Positions 61,990-64,000 of a stretch of 64,000 bases of DNA are shown piece by piece; positions within the stretch are counted from its first letter, which is position 1; each line of letters starts with the position of its first letter. Made by a program: the position numbers and the translations under genes. Under the pieces are notes generated by a model. That model was not told where the DNA came from. It saw nothing but the letters and a program-made list of their open reading frames with translations, and did not search any database. The stretch spans positions 36,642,001-36,706,000 of the forward strand of contig NC_134472.1 in assembly GCF_964194025.1 (NCBI RefSeq), given 5' to 3'. This DNA is from Convolutriloba macropyga. Lineage: Eukaryota.

Positions 61990-64000
61990 GTTATGGTTTT
62001 GCCAGCAAGCTGGCAAAATTATTAAACAGGAGTTTATTGCGCAAAACAATATGGCCATATCGACAAGTCTGATCAAAGCACTGATGTATAGAAAAACAGT
62101 GATAGTCAAACAGAATATCATAGGAAACAAACTTGCTGACTGCTATTTCAGTTGTCAGATAACTTCTGGAAGCAGTGGAGTATTTAACAACTTCAAGTAT
62201 ATTACCAAAAAAACCAATTGGTCCTGTACTCGCAGTAATTTTTCAATTTTCAGAAAGACTGGCATGTCAGTGCAGGCATTGTAGTTAATAATCACGACAT
62301 CACAAACTTTAAAACATACTCCCAGTTTTTTTGCTCTCTTGCATTCGTATATTTTGTCATCTTGAGGGTTGAAATTTTCTTGAAATAAATTTAAATTGCC
62401 AATAGCGAAAAGGTAATTAGAGAGAACCCATTTTCCAGGACCAAACTCAGTCGCCAAAGAATTATCCGAAGAAGACCAGTGAACAAAATGCTCCAACTGA
62501 TGTCTGTTAATCATTGTTTTGCAAATTTTCTTGAAGTTGCACACTTGGTGAGCCAGACGCTTGAAAAACTGATGTTTTCTTTCATATTTTAGAACGCACA
62601 TATGGGTAAATGGTCCTGACTGCTGTAAGATAGTTGGATAGTGAATTAACCGATGTTGTTTGAAGATGACCGGTTGGTTAGCAAACAGCTTTTTGAACTT
62701 TTGCAGGTGCTTGCCTGTTAAAACATGGCATTTTGGTCAAAGACATTCCAAAAAAATTACTTTATGAAAACCAGAATTATTATTTTCTAAAGAGTTATAC
62801 AGACTTTGGTTATGAAGGTGTAGATGCTATTGTACAGCTAATGCTACTTACGAATCTCATATGACAGAATCACTAAATCCGCCTGCACGAATGATGGGGA
62901 GAGAAGTAGAGAAATCAAGTCAAAGTAGTGCAATAAAAACTGCCGGTGCTCATCTTGCTGCGGGATAAGGTCACACAAAATGATAGGCAGAAACCTATAG
63001 AGGGTGAAGATTTGATCTGTTTTCCCCCGTACACTGTGATCTTTAGTATCTCTGAGCATGAAAAAAGTCCTTTATTAACTCATCTAAACGTTTAGAGAAG
63101 GACTAGTAAAAAAATAGTAGAAACAATTAATATTTCTTTTTCTTCAAAACTTAAAAAAAATGCCACTGCTTATTGCGAGACATTGCAGTGGTGTTTCAGG
63201 AGAAGCTGCAGTAAACATATGTGTAAATTTTTGACCTGTTTATGTCTATTTCCGTTGGTTTGCCGTCAATCTCTCGACCGTAGGCAAAAGAATGTAGCCT
63301 GTATTTAAGCACATCAATGGAGATAATTTTCCTGCTGACAACCAGGTTATGAAGCACCAATTTCATTGTGTGCTGTGTCCCCCCTTCAAAGAGGTCATGC
63401 TGGATGTCAGCGGTCCAATTGCGATATGCACTGAAATGCTTTGTTTTTAGATAGGACTTTGTTCGAACACCTTTTGAAGGCTTGGAAGTCAATTCGGCCT
63501 TCTCGGCGTTTTTCGTAAAACTTTTGAGACTGCGCAACGGGCATTTTGACTGGTCAAATTGGCAACTGAATTCATCAGCTGTTACGAGGCATCTCTCGCA
63601 GCAGAGGCTTTTAGAAAAGTTTTTCACAAAACCAAGCGGTGAATGATATTCAGCGTTATCAGCTACAAATGAAAAATGAGCACCGGTCACAGTTATCTTT
63701 CTTCCAGTGTCAGTCACCACATTGAACGGTTGTTCCAAACTTTCCAGGTCTTTACTGATTCTAGATAAGATTTTCTTGTAACCATACCGGTACAAATCTA
63801 AGGTGTTGCAGACTGCAGCAACATTTATTGCACTCGACTGAGATGTCAACCACGGAGGCAGATTCCGAAGAATACAATAAAAACATGTGACTTTGTGTAT
63901 TGTTCGTCGTGAACCGATTGGGTTAGCTGGCTCAAAATCATCGGAGTACAGCTGTAAGCACAATTTAAAAGACTGCGAAGTCATTTCAACATTAATTGGT
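61990..64000 (-). pseudogene. EnSpm/CACTA-type transposase, frameshifted and interrupted
   Basis: LYSDDFEPANPIGS..HKV..FY..NLPP, VADN..H..GF, CERC, DIQHDLFEG, HRLIHYP..GP..KYERKHQFFK..NFKKICKTM..RHQ. Confidence 0.88.

Larger units (their letters stand above)
59140..64000 (-). mobile_element. EnSpm/CACTA (CMC) DNA transposon, decayed, extending beyond the window
   Basis: Terminus CACTCTAAA at 59140 followed by an ACACGA/TCGTGT-rich foldback (59167-59335 inverted to ~59410-59580); transposase remnants upstream. Confidence 0.75.

Overview
AT-rich, intron-containing animal (invertebrate-like) genomic DNA; the species cannot be read from the sequence. Host genes: an intronless 650-aa coiled-coil gene (-), head-to-head with a 7-exon divergent CLN3/battenin-like gene (+; 6255-22709, 489 aa, all splice phases consistent). 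MRPS25 (-) is convergent with CLN3-like. There is also the last exon of a C-type-lectin protein with an extremely Asp-rich tail (-) and a probable first coding exon near 1.1 kb (-). Most of the rest is decayed mobile DNA: two CR1/L2-group LINEs, a Penelope-like remnant, a CRE/R2-type RLE retroposon, three tandem Polinton/Maverick penton remnants, an EnSpm/CACTA transposon with a RING-like passenger, and several MITEs and local duplications. The most striking object is a ~13 kb Ty3/Gypsy LTR element (-, about 28.7-41.9 kb). Between integrase and the polypurine tract it carries two extra decayed genes: a glycoprotein resembling chuvirus-type envelope proteins, and a coiled-coil protein ending in a DnaJ J-domain with a frameshift-hidden HPD motif. 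All family assignments come from motif recognition by eye, not database searches.
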